A stretch of DNA of 32,000 nt from Erysipelothrix larvae (lineage in GTDB: Bacteria; Bacillota_I; Bacilli_A; Erysipelotrichales; Erysipelotrichaceae). Within the stretch, counting starts at the first letter, position 1. Every line of letters begins with the position of its first letter. The position numbers and the translations under genes were made by a program. The stretch spans positions 2,250,001-2,282,000 of the forward strand of contig NZ_CP013213.1 in the NCBI RefSeq assembly GCF_001545095.1, written 5' to 3'. Under the pieces are notes generated by a model that was given only the letters and a program-made list of their open reading frames with translations, did no database searches and was not told the origin of the DNA. Below are positions 17,069 to 26,452 of this stretch, in pieces.

Positions 17069-18358
17069 TTATTTTGTTAATAAAACTGAAACTTGAAATT
17101 GATTGTTGTCCGTTTTAATTTCAATCTTCCCACCCATTTCGTCCACGACTTTATGGATGCTGGACAATCCAGTGCCATCTCCATTATTGAGTTTCGTTGA
17201 GTAAACCTTACCATCAATCATTCTGAGCTTTCCATTATATGGATTGGTAATCGTGATTTTTCCATATTGATCATTCTCACCAATCACAACTTCAATCCGT
17301 CGTTTTGATTCCTCTAAGTGTTTCACAGCTTCAATCGCATTATCTAAAGCATTCCCTAAAATAGTGGAAAGATACAATGGCTTAAAAGAAAATGTGTCAA
17401 AGGTCAAAGTTACCTTAAAGTTGATGTCTAAATTATTCGAAATCTTTGCATTTAATATGGCGTTAATTATGGCATTATCAGTAGAGACGTGTAGTTTAAA
17501 CGCATCCAAAGATTGCAGCGATTTAAGATATTCAAGGGCTTCATGATTCTTATCGGTTTCAATTAAGTGTCGAACAACAATTAAATGATTCTTCAAATCA
17601 TGCTTTGTTTGCATAATATTTAAATAATGTTCCAAGGTCTTGCTGGAGGCTTGTTGTTGGAAATGTGCTTCCTCTAATAAGTCTTGTGTCTCGATAAGTT
17701 TGGATTTATTTCGTATAAATTGTGCAATTAAGATGAGTGAAATTGCAATAAATAGAACGAAGATTGCAACCATATAGGGCATCGTATAATAAACATCAAC
17801 ACCCCCATTTTCAAAAAACGATTCAAAAAGGAACGATACCAAAAGGAATGAAAAGATAAAAAACCAGATGATACCGCGAGATGTTAAAAATGGATTCGTC
17901 CATCGTTTTTTCCACCCACGGCTTAATAACTCAACACCAATCAGCATCATTCCCCGGGAAATCAACAATGAATAGGTTCGTACACGCCCCTGTGCATAAA
18001 AGTCCTTTAAGTCTAAATTTAAATAATCCAATGTGATTAAAATTGAACACACAGACAACACGACTAATAAAATAATAAAGGTCGTCGTCACTAATAATGT
18101 TATGGACTTTCTGTCATTAAATAGAATGGAAAGAAAGAGAAATGAAAGTGGGAAGATAAAGAGTTGTTCTTGCAGCAATGTGACTGGGCTAATTAAAAAA
18201 AGATAAACCAGCACTGAAAACACTGCAGATACTAACCATATTTCATGATCTTTTAAATGACGCTTGCGTAAGAATAATGCCCCGAATCGATATAATAAAA
18301 GTGTAAACAATGCTGATAGGATGTAGTCCATGAAATAGAGTAACAAAGACCCGTTCAT
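17069..18358 (-). CDS. AgrC/ComD-like (HPK10, GHKL ATPase_c5) membrane sensor histidine kinase
   Basis: Six to seven N-terminal TM helices with minimal loops, H-box KHDLKNH, N-box LGNALDNAIEA, G-box GDGTGLSSI. ATGA overlap with the regulator stop. Confidence 0.85.
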   Translation of the reverse strand: MNGSLLLYFMDYILSALFTLLLYRFGALFLRKRHLKDHEIWLVSAVFSVLVYLFLISPVTLLQEQLFIFPLSFLFLSILFNDRKSITLLVTTTFIILLVVLSVCSILITLDYLNLDLKDFYAQGRVRTYSLLISRGMMLIGVELLSRGWKKRWTNPFLTSRGIIWFFIFSFLLVSFLFESFFENGGVDVYYTMPYMVAIFVLFIAISLILIAQFIRNKSKLIETQDLLEEAHFQQQASSKTLEHYLNIMQTKHDLKNHLIVVRHLIETDKNHEALEYLKSLQSLDAFKLHVSTDNAIINAILNAKISNNLDINFKVTLTFDTFSFKPLYLSTILGNALDNAIEAVKHLEESKRRIEVVIGENDQYGKITITNPYNGKLRMIDGKVYSTKLNNGDGTGLSSIHKVVDEMGGKIEIKTDNNQFQVSVLLTK

Positions 18359-19077
18359 AATGTATTACCATCAAGCAAAAAAGCTTCGTATTTTTCGATG
18401 AAAGCACTGCGTTTGCTTCGGGATACTTTAAACTCTCTGTCATACCCTTTCATCAAAATAAACTTATAGTTAACACTAAATACATGGTGAAGATTCACGA
18501 TTGTTTGACTGTTTATCATGACATAGTGTGGGTCATCCAGTGCTTTGTAGATTGATATGAGACTGGCTGAACTGAGTTTAATGGCTTTGAGTTTTGTGGT
18601 ATATACATAAGGGTTTCGATCAATGTATTCGATGAATACAATTTCATCTGGATACAGATGGATGACACCATTGGGGGTTTTAAAAGCTTTAAGAGGTCGG
18701 CCTTCGATAAGGTGAATCACCTCTGTGAGTGAACGGTGCAAGTCTTCTTCATAATTATCTTTTAATATATACTTGTACACATTTAAGCCGAATGCATCTT
18801 TCATATAGCCATCATACGACGACAAAAAAAGTACGATCGAATCCTTGGAATGCTGATAAACTTTCTTGGCGAGCGTTACCCCATTCATCCCTGGTAATTC
18901 TATATCGATTAATAACAGGCTAAACGATATTTGAGGTAAGACATCTAGTACTTGTTCAGAAGATTTAAATGTCATTATCTTATAATCAACGCTTAGACTA
19001 AAGAGCGTTTTATTGACACAATGTCTGATGTGACTTAAAAGCGCAGGTTGGTCATCTACAATTCCGATATATATCAT
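18355..19077 (-). CDS. LytTR-family response regulator (AgrA/ComE-like)
   Basis: Receiver domain (IVDDQ, LLLIDIELPGMNG) plus C-terminal LytTR DNA-binding domain (IVFIEYIDRNPYVYT...VNLHHV). RBS AAGGGGGA. Confidence 0.9.
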   Translation of the reverse strand: MIYIGIVDDQPALLSHIRHCVNKTLFSLSVDYKIMTFKSSEQVLDVLPQISFSLLLIDIELPGMNGVTLAKKVYQHSKDSIVLFLSSYDGYMKDAFGLNVYKYILKDNYEEDLHRSLTEVIHLIEGRPLKAFKTPNGVIHLYPDEIVFIEYIDRNPYVYTTKLKAIKLSSASLISIYKALDDPHYVMINSQTIVNLHHVFSVNYKFILMKGYDREFKVSRSKRSAFIEKYEAFLLDGNTL

Positions 19078-19101
19078 ATGTCCCCCTTGTACATAAATTT
19101 A

Positions 19102-19131
19102 TTTTATCACAAGAAACTGTAGCGTGTCATT
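19102..19131 (-). promoter_or_regulatory. Possible own promoter of the two-component operon
   Basis: Minus strand: ATGACA (19131..19126), 18 nt, TAAAAT (19107..19102) preceded by TGTGA, in the 88-bp gap after plsC. Confidence 0.4.
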
Positions 19132-19165
19132 ACTAACTACACATAAAACATCGACCAGTAAAATC

Positions 19166-19843
19166 TTAGTGTTCGTATACCCACTCTTTCATGTCGTTCA
19201 TACGTTTGAATACATATTCACTTAACGCAGCACCTTTAATTTCCTTATAAGTTTCTGGGTAAATGGGCTCACAGAAATATACATGCATCACCTTTTGACG
19301 TTCATTGAAACTTTCTTTGATATACATGGGTACAATTGGAGCACTTGATTTTCTTAAGACAGAGAATATTCCATCTTTGAAGGGTAACATATCTATTGCA
19401 TGGGAACGGGTTCCTTCCGGAAACGCAAGGGCACTTACTCCCTTGCTTACATCATCCACAGCTTGTTTTAATACCTTCAATGATTGTCTGGGATCGTCTC
19501 TATCTAAAGGATAAGAACGGCTCATTTTCATAAATGTTCCCGTAATCAGATTTGTGAACAACTCCTTTTTCGCAATAAATCGAAACGGACGATTCACCGC
19601 TGCAATGCTTACAAAAATATCATTCATGGACTGGTGGTTGGATACATAAATACATGGAATGTTCGCATCGGGTTGGTATCCATGTGCCTCCACACGAATT
19701 CTTCGAAAACCAAGATAATGTTTGGGGTAAAGTTGCAGCTCTTTACTTCCTTTTTGTTCTGAACAAAACCTGCGAATCCATTGGCTTCGGATCCAATACA
19801 CAGGCAGCACCATAAATGTCACAATCATATTAAATGTTTTCAT
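19166..19843 (-). CDS. plsC: 1-acyl-sn-glycerol-3-phosphate acyltransferase
   Basis: HX4D motif (NHQSMNDIF) and FPEGTRS motif. ATG 19843 has GGTGA 6 nt upstream and overlaps the acpS 3' end. The track start at 19849 is a TTG. Confidence 0.85.
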   Translation of the reverse strand: MKTFNMIVTFMVLPVYWIRSQWIRRFCSEQKGSKELQLYPKHYLGFRRIRVEAHGYQPDANIPCIYVSNHQSMNDIFVSIAAVNRPFRFIAKKELFTNLITGTFMKMSRSYPLDRDDPRQSLKVLKQAVDDVSKGVSALAFPEGTRSHAIDMLPFKDGIFSVLRKSSAPIVPMYIKESFNERQKVMHVYFCEPIYPETYKEIKGAALSEYVFKRMNDMKEWVYEH

Positions 19844-20189
19844 AAACAATCACCATTGCAAGGGCATAATCTTGATCATGACTGATGGAAACATTCATAC
19901 ACTCTGACACAGGTTTTCCCAAATCATCAGCCAAGATTTCCACATCTAAAAAGTCGATTTCACCAATCCCCACACCTTTTGCTTTTGAATACGCTTCTTT
20001 CGCAGCAAATCGACCACAGATAAATTCCAATCTTCTTTTGGGTGATTGAAGCCTATAAAATAGCGTTTGTTCCTTTGGTGTCAGTATTTTTGTAATCCAT
20101 CGCGCATCATCGACCTTATCGATAAATCGCGGCATATAAACAATGTCTGTCCCAGGTTTAATCTGAAATTGCAAATTTAAGTGTTCCAT
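19830..20189 (-). CDS. acpS: Holo-ACP synthase (4'-phosphopantetheinyl transferase)
   Basis: GTDIV near the N-terminus, RFAAKEAYSKAKG, and ISHDQDYA at the C-terminus. The start is ambiguous (ATG 20207, ATG 20189 with GGGGAAG upstream, or TTG 20171), and every candidate lies inside the fabZ 3' end. Confidence 0.8.
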   Translation of the reverse strand: MEHLNLQFQIKPGTDIVYMPRFIDKVDDARWITKILTPKEQTLFYRLQSPKRRLEFICGRFAAKEAYSKAKGVGIGEIDFLDVEILADDLGKPVSECMNVSISHDQDYALAMVIVYENI

Positions 20190-20583
20190 ATGCACATACT
20201 TCCCCATTCACTAAAGCACTGGCTTGTGCAATGCCCATGATACTTTTTAATTTGATGAGTTCGACCTGTAACTCTAAGGTATCCCCAGGCATGACTTGTT
20301 TTTTAAATTTGAATTGATCAATTCCAACAAAATAAGCCAGTTTCCCTTTGTATGCTTCTTTTGAAAGCAAGACGATGGCCCCTGCCTGTGCAAGTGCCTC
20401 CACAATTAAGACTCCAGGCATCACGTGTTTCTGTGTGAAGTGACCCATAAAATGCATCTCATTTGCGGATACATTTTTGATTGCGATGATGGATGTTTCA
20501 TTCATTTCCTTGACTGCATCAACCAATAAAAACGGATAACGATGCGGGATGATTTTCTGAATCTCGTTGCTATTTAAGTACAT
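20158..20583 (-). CDS. fabZ: 3-hydroxyacyl-ACP dehydratase
   Basis: IPHRYPFLLVD, HF..HPVMPGVL-like (HFTQKHVMPGVLIVEALAQ), hot-dog fold. ATG 20583 has GGTGA 5 nt upstream and overlaps the fabF stop by 14 nt. Confidence 0.9.
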   Translation of the reverse strand: MYLNSNEIQKIIPHRYPFLLVDAVKEMNETSIIAIKNVSANEMHFMGHFTQKHVMPGVLIVEALAQAGAIVLLSKEAYKGKLAYFVGIDQFKFKKQVMPGDTLELQVELIKLKSIMGIAQASALVNGEVCAYGTLKFAISD

Positions 20584-21814
20584 CACGTTCACCATACTTT
20601 CTAAATACAATCACTGCATTATGCCCACCAAATCCCAACGAATTGGACATGACCACATCGACCTCACCTTTTTGTGGGTGATTGGGTACATAATTCAAGT
20701 CACACTGATCATCAAAGGTTTCATAATTCATCGTTGGTGGGATGATGCCATCCGTGATGGCGCGTATGCTTAAAATTGCCTCAATGCCGCCTGTACCCCC
20801 TAAACAATGTCCATGCACGGATTTAGTCGATGAGATTTTAAGGTGAGGTGCGTGGTCTTTAAAGACTTGTTTAATGGCTTCTGTTTCAAATTTATCATTG
20901 ATGGGTGTACTGGTTCCATGGGCGTTAATATATGTAACGTCTTCGGGTTTTAAGCTCCCATCTTCTAAAGCCAATCGCATTGCTTCTTGAGCCCCAACAC
21001 CACTGGGTGCAGTGATATGATAGGCATCCCCGGTTGATCCATAACCAACAACCTCACAGTAAATCTTTGCACCTCGATTGAGGGCATGTTCTAAGGCTTC
21101 AAATATGAGAATGCCTGCGCCTTCTCCCAATACAAACCCATCTCGGTTTTTATCAAAAGGGCGGGATGCTTTTTTCGGATTTTCATTCAGGCTTAATGCG
21201 GTGAGTGCACTAAACCCAGCAAGGGTATAGGGGTTGACACTTGCTTCAGATCCCCCGGTGATCATAACATCAGCATAACCGTGTTGGATCATGCGAAGGG
21301 CATCTCCCATTGCATGTGTTGATGCAGCACAGGCTGTTGTGACTGTTGAGGTATGTCCTTGCGCTCCAAGTGCAATGGAGACATTACCACTGGCCATATT
21401 TGGAATAATCATGGGAATAAACATGGGTGGGATTTTGTTGATGCCAAACTCAAATGCTCGGTTTAAATCGTGTGCAAAGGTTTGGGTTCCACCCATGCCT
21501 GTTCCCAACAAAACACCCATGCGTTTTGGATCAACTTGTTCTTTAAGCTGTGCATCTTCAAATGCGTCACATGCTGCATAGACTGCAAACTGACTGAACA
21601 GATCTTGACGTCGAATTTCTTTTTTGCTGAGGTGCTTGGATGCGTCAAAGTTTTTGACTTGTGCTGCAATTTTCACCTTGAGCTCTTTTGTATCAAAGGT
21701 ATCAATGACATCAATGCCACTGACACCTTCAACTGCATTTTGGAAGGCTTGATCTACTGTATGCCCTAATGGACTGACAATGCCCATGCCTGTTACTACA
21801 ACCCGTCTTCTCAT
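20570..21814 (-). CDS. fabF: 3-oxoacyl-ACP synthase II
   Basis: RRVVVTGMG, active-site TACAAS, HGTSTP, and GHCLGGTG then SFGFGGHNA-type C-terminus (SLGFGGHNAVIVF). RBS AAGGAG. Confidence 0.95.
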   Translation of the reverse strand: MRRRVVVTGMGIVSPLGHTVDQAFQNAVEGVSGIDVIDTFDTKELKVKIAAQVKNFDASKHLSKKEIRRQDLFSQFAVYAACDAFEDAQLKEQVDPKRMGVLLGTGMGGTQTFAHDLNRAFEFGINKIPPMFIPMIIPNMASGNVSIALGAQGHTSTVTTACAASTHAMGDALRMIQHGYADVMITGGSEASVNPYTLAGFSALTALSLNENPKKASRPFDKNRDGFVLGEGAGILIFEALEHALNRGAKIYCEVVGYGSTGDAYHITAPSGVGAQEAMRLALEDGSLKPEDVTYINAHGTSTPINDKFETEAIKQVFKDHAPHLKISSTKSVHGHCLGGTGGIEAILSIRAITDGIIPPTMNYETFDDQCDLNYVPNHPQKGEVDVVMSNSLGFGGHNAVIVFRKYGERDVLK

Positions 21815-21826
21815 TTTATCGACTCC

Positions 21827-22552
21827 TTACATTACCATTCCACCACAGACATTAATGACTTGCCCTGTGATATATTGTGCCTTCTCACTGACAAGAAAGC
21901 TCACTGCATCCGCAACATCCTGAGGTGTGCCAAATCGCTTCAATGCAATATTTCTCAGAATTTCCGTTTTGATATCGTGGGTGAGTGAATCTGTCATTTC
22001 TGTTTCAATGAATCCTGGAGCAACACAGTTTACACGAATATTGCGTCCTGCGAATTCTTTCGCAATGCTTTTTGAGAATCCAATGAGTCCTGCTTTACTT
22101 GCAGCATAATTGGATTGTCCTGCATTTCCGATCACTCCAATGACCGATGTGATGTTCACAATGCATCCTGCTTTTTGTCGTAGCATACTTTTTGAAAATG
22201 CTTTGACCATGTTGAATGAACCCCCTAAGTTGGTATCAACTACTTGATTAAAGTCATCCTGTGTCATTGTGAGTACAATGCCATCTCGAACAATGCCCGC
22301 ATTATTCACCAGGACTGAAATCGTGGTGAATTCACGCTGTATTTCTGTGCACAGTTGATTGCATTGATCATAATCAGTTGCATCAACATGACGCAATTCA
22401 AAAGTTTCTGTTTCCAAGGATTCAAGGGTGTGTTGGTCATAATTTGAAACATAGGTCCCTATGACATAATACCCATCTGCCACGAGTTGTTGGGCAATGT
22501 GGTATCCGATGCCTTTTGTTGCACCGGTTACTACCGCTATTTTTCGATTCAT
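21827..22552 (-). CDS. fabG: 3-oxoacyl-ACP reductase
   Basis: SDR motifs TGATKGIG, NNAG, YAASKAG. The C-terminus ITGQVINVCGGMVM is typical of FabG. ATGA overlap with fabD. Confidence 0.9.
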   Translation of the reverse strand: MNRKIAVVTGATKGIGYHIAQQLVADGYYVIGTYVSNYDQHTLESLETETFELRHVDATDYDQCNQLCTEIQREFTTISVLVNNAGIVRDGIVLTMTQDDFNQVVDTNLGGSFNMVKAFSKSMLRQKAGCIVNITSVIGVIGNAGQSNYAASKAGLIGFSKSIAKEFAGRNIRVNCVAPGFIETEMTDSLTHDIKTEILRNIALKRFGTPQDVADAVSFLVSEKAQYITGQVINVCGGMVM

Positions 22553-23439
22553 TCACATTCACTCCTTAAGGTTTGCATATCATAAACATTTGATATCTTG
22601 ACAGATTCCCCACAGATCTCCTTGATAAACTTGGAAATAGATCCCTTGGGTCCAACTTCTATAAAGTGTTCAACACCCTGTTGTCTCATTGTTTGAATCA
22701 CCTTAACCATTTGCGTTGGTCGTGAAATATGAAGGGATAGTGACTCTACAAATCCTTCATGTTGTAAAACCCCTTCGATGTTATTCACAAACATCACATG
22801 TGGGGTTAAGAAGCGTTGGTTTCTTAAAACTTCTTTCAACGCATCGCTTACCTCACAAAGCAATGACATATGGGACACTGTCGATACTTTAAGGGGAATT
22901 GCGATTACTTTGGCGTGTTTTAATTGGGGAAGTATGGTTTCAATATCCTGTTTCATTCCCCCAATTACAATTTGACTGGGTGTATTGATGTTACAGACTT
23001 CGACCTGTGTTTTTTCAAGCAATGCTTCAATGGTTTGTAAATCCGTTTTTAAGCATGCAACCATCGCTGTACTAAACGGTTCAAAGGCATGGTGCATCAG
23101 GTGCGCGCGTTTTTGAATGAGTCTAAGTCCATCTTCAAATGAGATAACACCACTACTGGTTAGTGCATTATATTCCCCCAAAGATAAGCCTGAAACTACA
23201 TCAGGAAAGATTCCTTCTTTTTTTAATAAGTGATCCAGTGCATGACCAAGTACATAAAGGGCTGGTTGTGTATACAATGTCTTTTGAAGTGATGCTTCAT
23301 CTAAACAAAGTACATCATACCCCAGGATTTTTGTTGCCGTATCATAGAGATCCTTCACATCTTGATCTGCTTCATAGAGATCGTGTCCCATTAAAAGAAA
23401 TTGCTGACCTTGGCCAGCAAATATGAATCCTTTTTTCAT
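22549..23439 (-). CDS. fabD: Malonyl-CoA:ACP transacylase
   Basis: FAGQGQQ N-terminus, GLSLGEY nucleophile motif, and a later VSHMSL motif. The start shares one nucleotide with the acpP stop (TAATG). Confidence 0.9.
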   Translation of the reverse strand: MKKGFIFAGQGQQFLLMGHDLYEADQDVKDLYDTATKILGYDVLCLDEASLQKTLYTQPALYVLGHALDHLLKKEGIFPDVVSGLSLGEYNALTSSGVISFEDGLRLIQKRAHLMHHAFEPFSTAMVACLKTDLQTIEALLEKTQVEVCNINTPSQIVIGGMKQDIETILPQLKHAKVIAIPLKVSTVSHMSLLCEVSDALKEVLRNQRFLTPHVMFVNNIEGVLQHEGFVESLSLHISRPTQMVKVIQTMRQQGVEHFIEVGPKGSISKFIKEICGESVKISNVYDMQTLRSECE

Positions 23440-23663
23440 TAAACCTTTGACTCAATGTAGGCAACAATATCGTTTACAGTCTTGAGATTCACAACATCTT
23501 CTGTTGGCACATCGACACCGTATTCACCTTCAAGTTCCATTACAATTTCCATCACTGCTATGGAATCCGCGCCTAAGTCATCGAGGATTGACACATCATC
23601 TTTGATTTCATCCACGGTTACATCTAATATTTCTGAGACTATTTGTTTAACTTTAGCTTTCAT
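23439..23663 (-). CDS. acpP: Acyl carrier protein
   Basis: 74 aa, acidic, with LGADSIAVMEIVMELE phosphopantetheine-attachment motif. RBS AGGAGG. Confidence 0.9.
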   Translation of the reverse strand: MKAKVKQIVSEILDVTVDEIKDDVSILDDLGADSIAVMEIVMELEGEYGVDVPTEDVVNLKTVNDIVAYIESKV

Positions 23664-23678
23664 AAGTTCCTCCTAATA

Positions 23679-23723
23679 ATAGTTTGACATTCAAACTATA
23701 TACTCATTTACTTTGATTGTCAA
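23679..23723 (-). promoter_or_regulatory. acpP promoter with overlapping 21-bp perfect palindrome (FabT-box-like)
   Basis: Minus strand: -35 TTGACA (23723..23718), 17 nt, -10 TATAGT (23700..23695). The palindrome ATAGTTTGA-CAT-TCAAACTAT (23679..23699) overlaps the -10 and the transcription start. Confidence 0.6.
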
Positions 23724-23740
23724 TATATTTTCGTCTGTTC

Positions 23741-24703
23741 TTACCAATCAATAAGCACAGAACCATAGGTGAGACCCCCACCAAATGCTACTAAAATGAT
23801 GCGCATGCCTTCTTTTAAAAGACCTTGTTTGTTGGCTTCATCAAGCAGTATGGGAACACTTCCTGAAGACGTATTTCCATAACGTTCGACATTCGATAAT
23901 AGTTTGGATGGGTCATAATTCAAAGCCCGTGCACCGCTTTCTAAGATTCGTTTGTTTGCTTGATGGACAATGATTGCATCGATTGTATCAATCGATTGAT
24001 TATTTCGATCAAGGAGTTCTTGGATGCTGGAGTTCATAACACGCACAGCATACTTAAAAACTTCGGCTCCTTTCATTGAGAAATAAGCATCTTCTTGTAT
24101 GGTTCGATTGATAAAAGGTGCGCGGCGGTCTGTTCTGTTAGGAAGGGTGATGGTCTCATACGTATCACTTTCACCGCCAATAATACAATCAACGATCCCT
24201 GTTTCGCCTGCTTCTACAACAACAGCCCCTGCACCATCGCCAAATAAAATTGCACTGGTTCGATCTTCGTAGTTTAAAATACGTGAATTGAAATCACAGC
24301 CAATCACCAGGATACGCTTGTATATCTTTGAGCGTATGTATGCATTGGCAGTTTGAAGCGCATAAATAAATCCAGAGCAGGCTGCATTGATATCAAAGGA
24401 TGGAATAGGGCGTGTCACATTCAGATTTTCACGCACTTGATTTGCGACTGTTGGGATGAATGAATCGGGAGTGTAGGTTCCCACAATAATGCAATCAAGG
24501 GTATTTACATCCAATGATTTCAGTGCTTCTTGGGCTGCTTTTGTTGCCATATGAACCGTTGACATGGATTCAAACCGACGTTCTTTAATCCCTGTTCGAC
24601 GTACAATCCATGCATCACTTGTATCCATGATTTTCTCATAATCCTTGTTTGAGACAACCGTTTGGGGTACATAGCTTCCGGTGCTAATAATCTTAGTGTT
24701 CAT
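23741..24703 (-). CDS. fabH: 3-oxoacyl-ACP synthase III
   Basis: GSYVPQ, active-site INAACSGF, HQANKRI, GNTSSGS. Overlaps the accA 3' end by 11 nt. Confidence 0.9.
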   Translation of the reverse strand: MNTKIISTGSYVPQTVVSNKDYEKIMDTSDAWIVRRTGIKERRFESMSTVHMATKAAQEALKSLDVNTLDCIIVGTYTPDSFIPTVANQVRENLNVTRPIPSFDINAACSGFIYALQTANAYIRSKIYKRILVIGCDFNSRILNYEDRTSAILFGDGAGAVVVEAGETGIVDCIIGGESDTYETITLPNRTDRRAPFINRTIQEDAYFSMKGAEVFKYAVRVMNSSIQELLDRNNQSIDTIDAIIVHQANKRILESGARALNYDPSKLLSNVERYGNTSSGSVPILLDEANKQGLLKEGMRIILVAFGGGLTYGSVLIDW

Positions 24704-25595
24704 GAATCACATCTCCCATCATCCTGAATCGTTTATATCTTAGTTTTTTGAGGCGATCTGGTTTGAGTTTTAATAATGTCTTAAATTCTTTATATAAATT
24801 TTCTTGAAGCAGCTTCGATGCGCAGTCAAACCCATTTTCTTCAGAAATGATGGCATCGATTACGCCCAACTTATATAAATCTTGACTGGTAATTTTCATC
24901 ATCTCAACAACATCACTTGCTTTTGATGCATCTTTGAATAAAATGGATGCAAATCCTTCAGGTGATAGGATACAGTAGATGGCGTTTTCAAACATCCATA
25001 CTTTATCAGTTACGGCCAGTGCTAAAGCACCGCCACTTCCTGCTTCCCCTAAGATAATCGATATTGATGGAACGGATAGGTCCATCATCTGCATGAGGTT
25101 TTGCGCTATTGCTTCCCCTTGACCTCTTTCTTCCGCTTCGATGCCTGGAAATGCACCGGGTGTATCAATAATCGTCACAATGGGGCGTTTGAACTTCTCA
25201 GCCTGCTTCATTAAACGCAGTGCTTTGCGATAGCCTTCGGGATGAACCATGCCAAAGTGAGCACGAATGTTTTCTTCAGTATCTTTTCCCTTTACGATTC
25301 CAATGACGGTTACAGGTTGATCCTTGAGCATCGCAATCCCCCCCGTTATCGCGCCATCATCACCATAATATCGATCCCCATGCAGTTCGATATAATCGCT
25401 AAAGATTGCGGCTATCATGTCTTTACTGCTGGGTCTATCTAAAGAACGTGCCAGTTGTACTTTATCCCAAGCACTGAGTTTGGATTGAACTTCTTGTTTG
25501 AGAATTTTAAGGGACTGCTCGAGGTGTGAGGTATCTAGGTTTTCGTTTTTAATGGCCTTGATTTCTTTTTCAAGGTGTTTAATGCGTTGACTCAT
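24693..25595 (-). CDS. accA: Acetyl-CoA carboxylase carboxyltransferase alpha subunit
   Basis: ARSLDRPSS, GMVHPEGYRKALRLMKQAEKFKRPIVTIIDTPGAFPGIEAEERGQGEAIA, GSGGALA. Confidence 0.9.
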   Translation of the reverse strand: MSQRIKHLEKEIKAIKNENLDTSHLEQSLKILKQEVQSKLSAWDKVQLARSLDRPSSKDMIAAIFSDYIELHGDRYYGDDGAITGGIAMLKDQPVTVIGIVKGKDTEENIRAHFGMVHPEGYRKALRLMKQAEKFKRPIVTIIDTPGAFPGIEAEERGQGEAIAQNLMQMMDLSVPSISIILGEAGSGGALALAVTDKVWMFENAIYCILSPEGFASILFKDASKASDVVEMMKITSQDLYKLGVIDAIISEENGFDCASKLLQENLYKEFKTLLKLKPDRLKKLRYKRFRMMGDVIHEH

Positions 25596-26452
25596 GATTT
25601 CACCTCATGAAACGCTAAGAGCTGTGATAGGGTTCGTTTTAAATCATGACGTGGCACAATTTTATCCACAAAGCCTTTTTCTTGGAGAAACTCAGCCCGT
25701 TGAAATCCTTCTGGTAGGTCTTTTTGCATGGTTTGTTTGATAACACGGGGTCCTGCAAATCCAATTAGCGCACCCGGTTCAGCAAGGATGATATCTGCGA
25801 GCATTGCGAAACTTGCAGTGACACCTCCTGTCGTTGGATCGGTAAGCACGTTAATGAATAGGCCCCCTTTTTTACTGAAGTTTCCTACAGCACCACTTGT
25901 TTTTGCCATTTGCATGAGGCTAATAATGCCTTCTTGCATCCGTGCACCTCCGGATGCACTAAAGAGGATTAATGGCTTTTTTTGATGGTGTGCGCGTTCA
26001 AAAGCTCGTGTGATTTTCTCACCCACTACACTTCCCATGGATCCCATCATAAAGTTTGTATCCATTACAACACCAATCACTGCTCTACCATCCAACACTG
26101 CTTCACCACAAACGACTGCATCATAAACTCCCAAGCTTTCACTGAGTCCATTGAGTTTTGTTTGATATCCTGGAAAGTTGAGTGGATCTTTTGATTTCAA
26201 GATATGATTAAATATTTTAAATTCGTCAAAGATCAGGTGGATGCGTTGTGCGATGTGTAAACGGTAGTGATAATTACACTGATCACACACCCATGCATTG
26301 TGTTGAAGTTTTGAGGTTTCCACAACATGGCCACAGTGGGGACATTTTTCAAACATACCATCTGGCACTTCGACTTTAGTTTCAAGTATTTCGTGTCCTT
26401 TATAGGAATCTACCTTCTCTTTTCTTCCTTTGAGCTTGTTAAACATTGTCAT
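25592..26452 (-). CDS. accD: Acetyl-CoA carboxylase carboxyltransferase beta subunit
   Basis: N-terminal zinc ribbon CPHCGH...CDQCNYH, then GGSMG-like (MGSMGSVVGEK) and SGGARMQEG. Confidence 0.9.
   Translation of the reverse strand: MTMFNKLKGRKEKVDSYKGHEILETKVEVPDGMFEKCPHCGHVVETSKLQHNAWVCDQCNYHYRLHIAQRIHLIFDEFKIFNHILKSKDPLNFPGYQTKLNGLSESLGVYDAVVCGEAVLDGRAVIGVVMDTNFMMGSMGSVVGEKITRAFERAHHQKKPLILFSASGGARMQEGIISLMQMAKTSGAVGNFSKKGGLFINVLTDPTTGGVTASFAMLADIILAEPGALIGFAGPRVIKQTMQKDLPEGFQRAEFLQEKGFVDKIVPRHDLKRTLSQLLAFHEVKS

Noticed and set aside
19108-19140. AGTT-containing half-sites (TAGTTAGTA / ACAGTTTCT) upstream of the response regulator, considered as an autoregulatory LytTR box
   Set aside because: The spacing is 20 bp rather than 21, only the AGTT core is shared, and they overlap the predicted -35 and spacer. 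Too weak.
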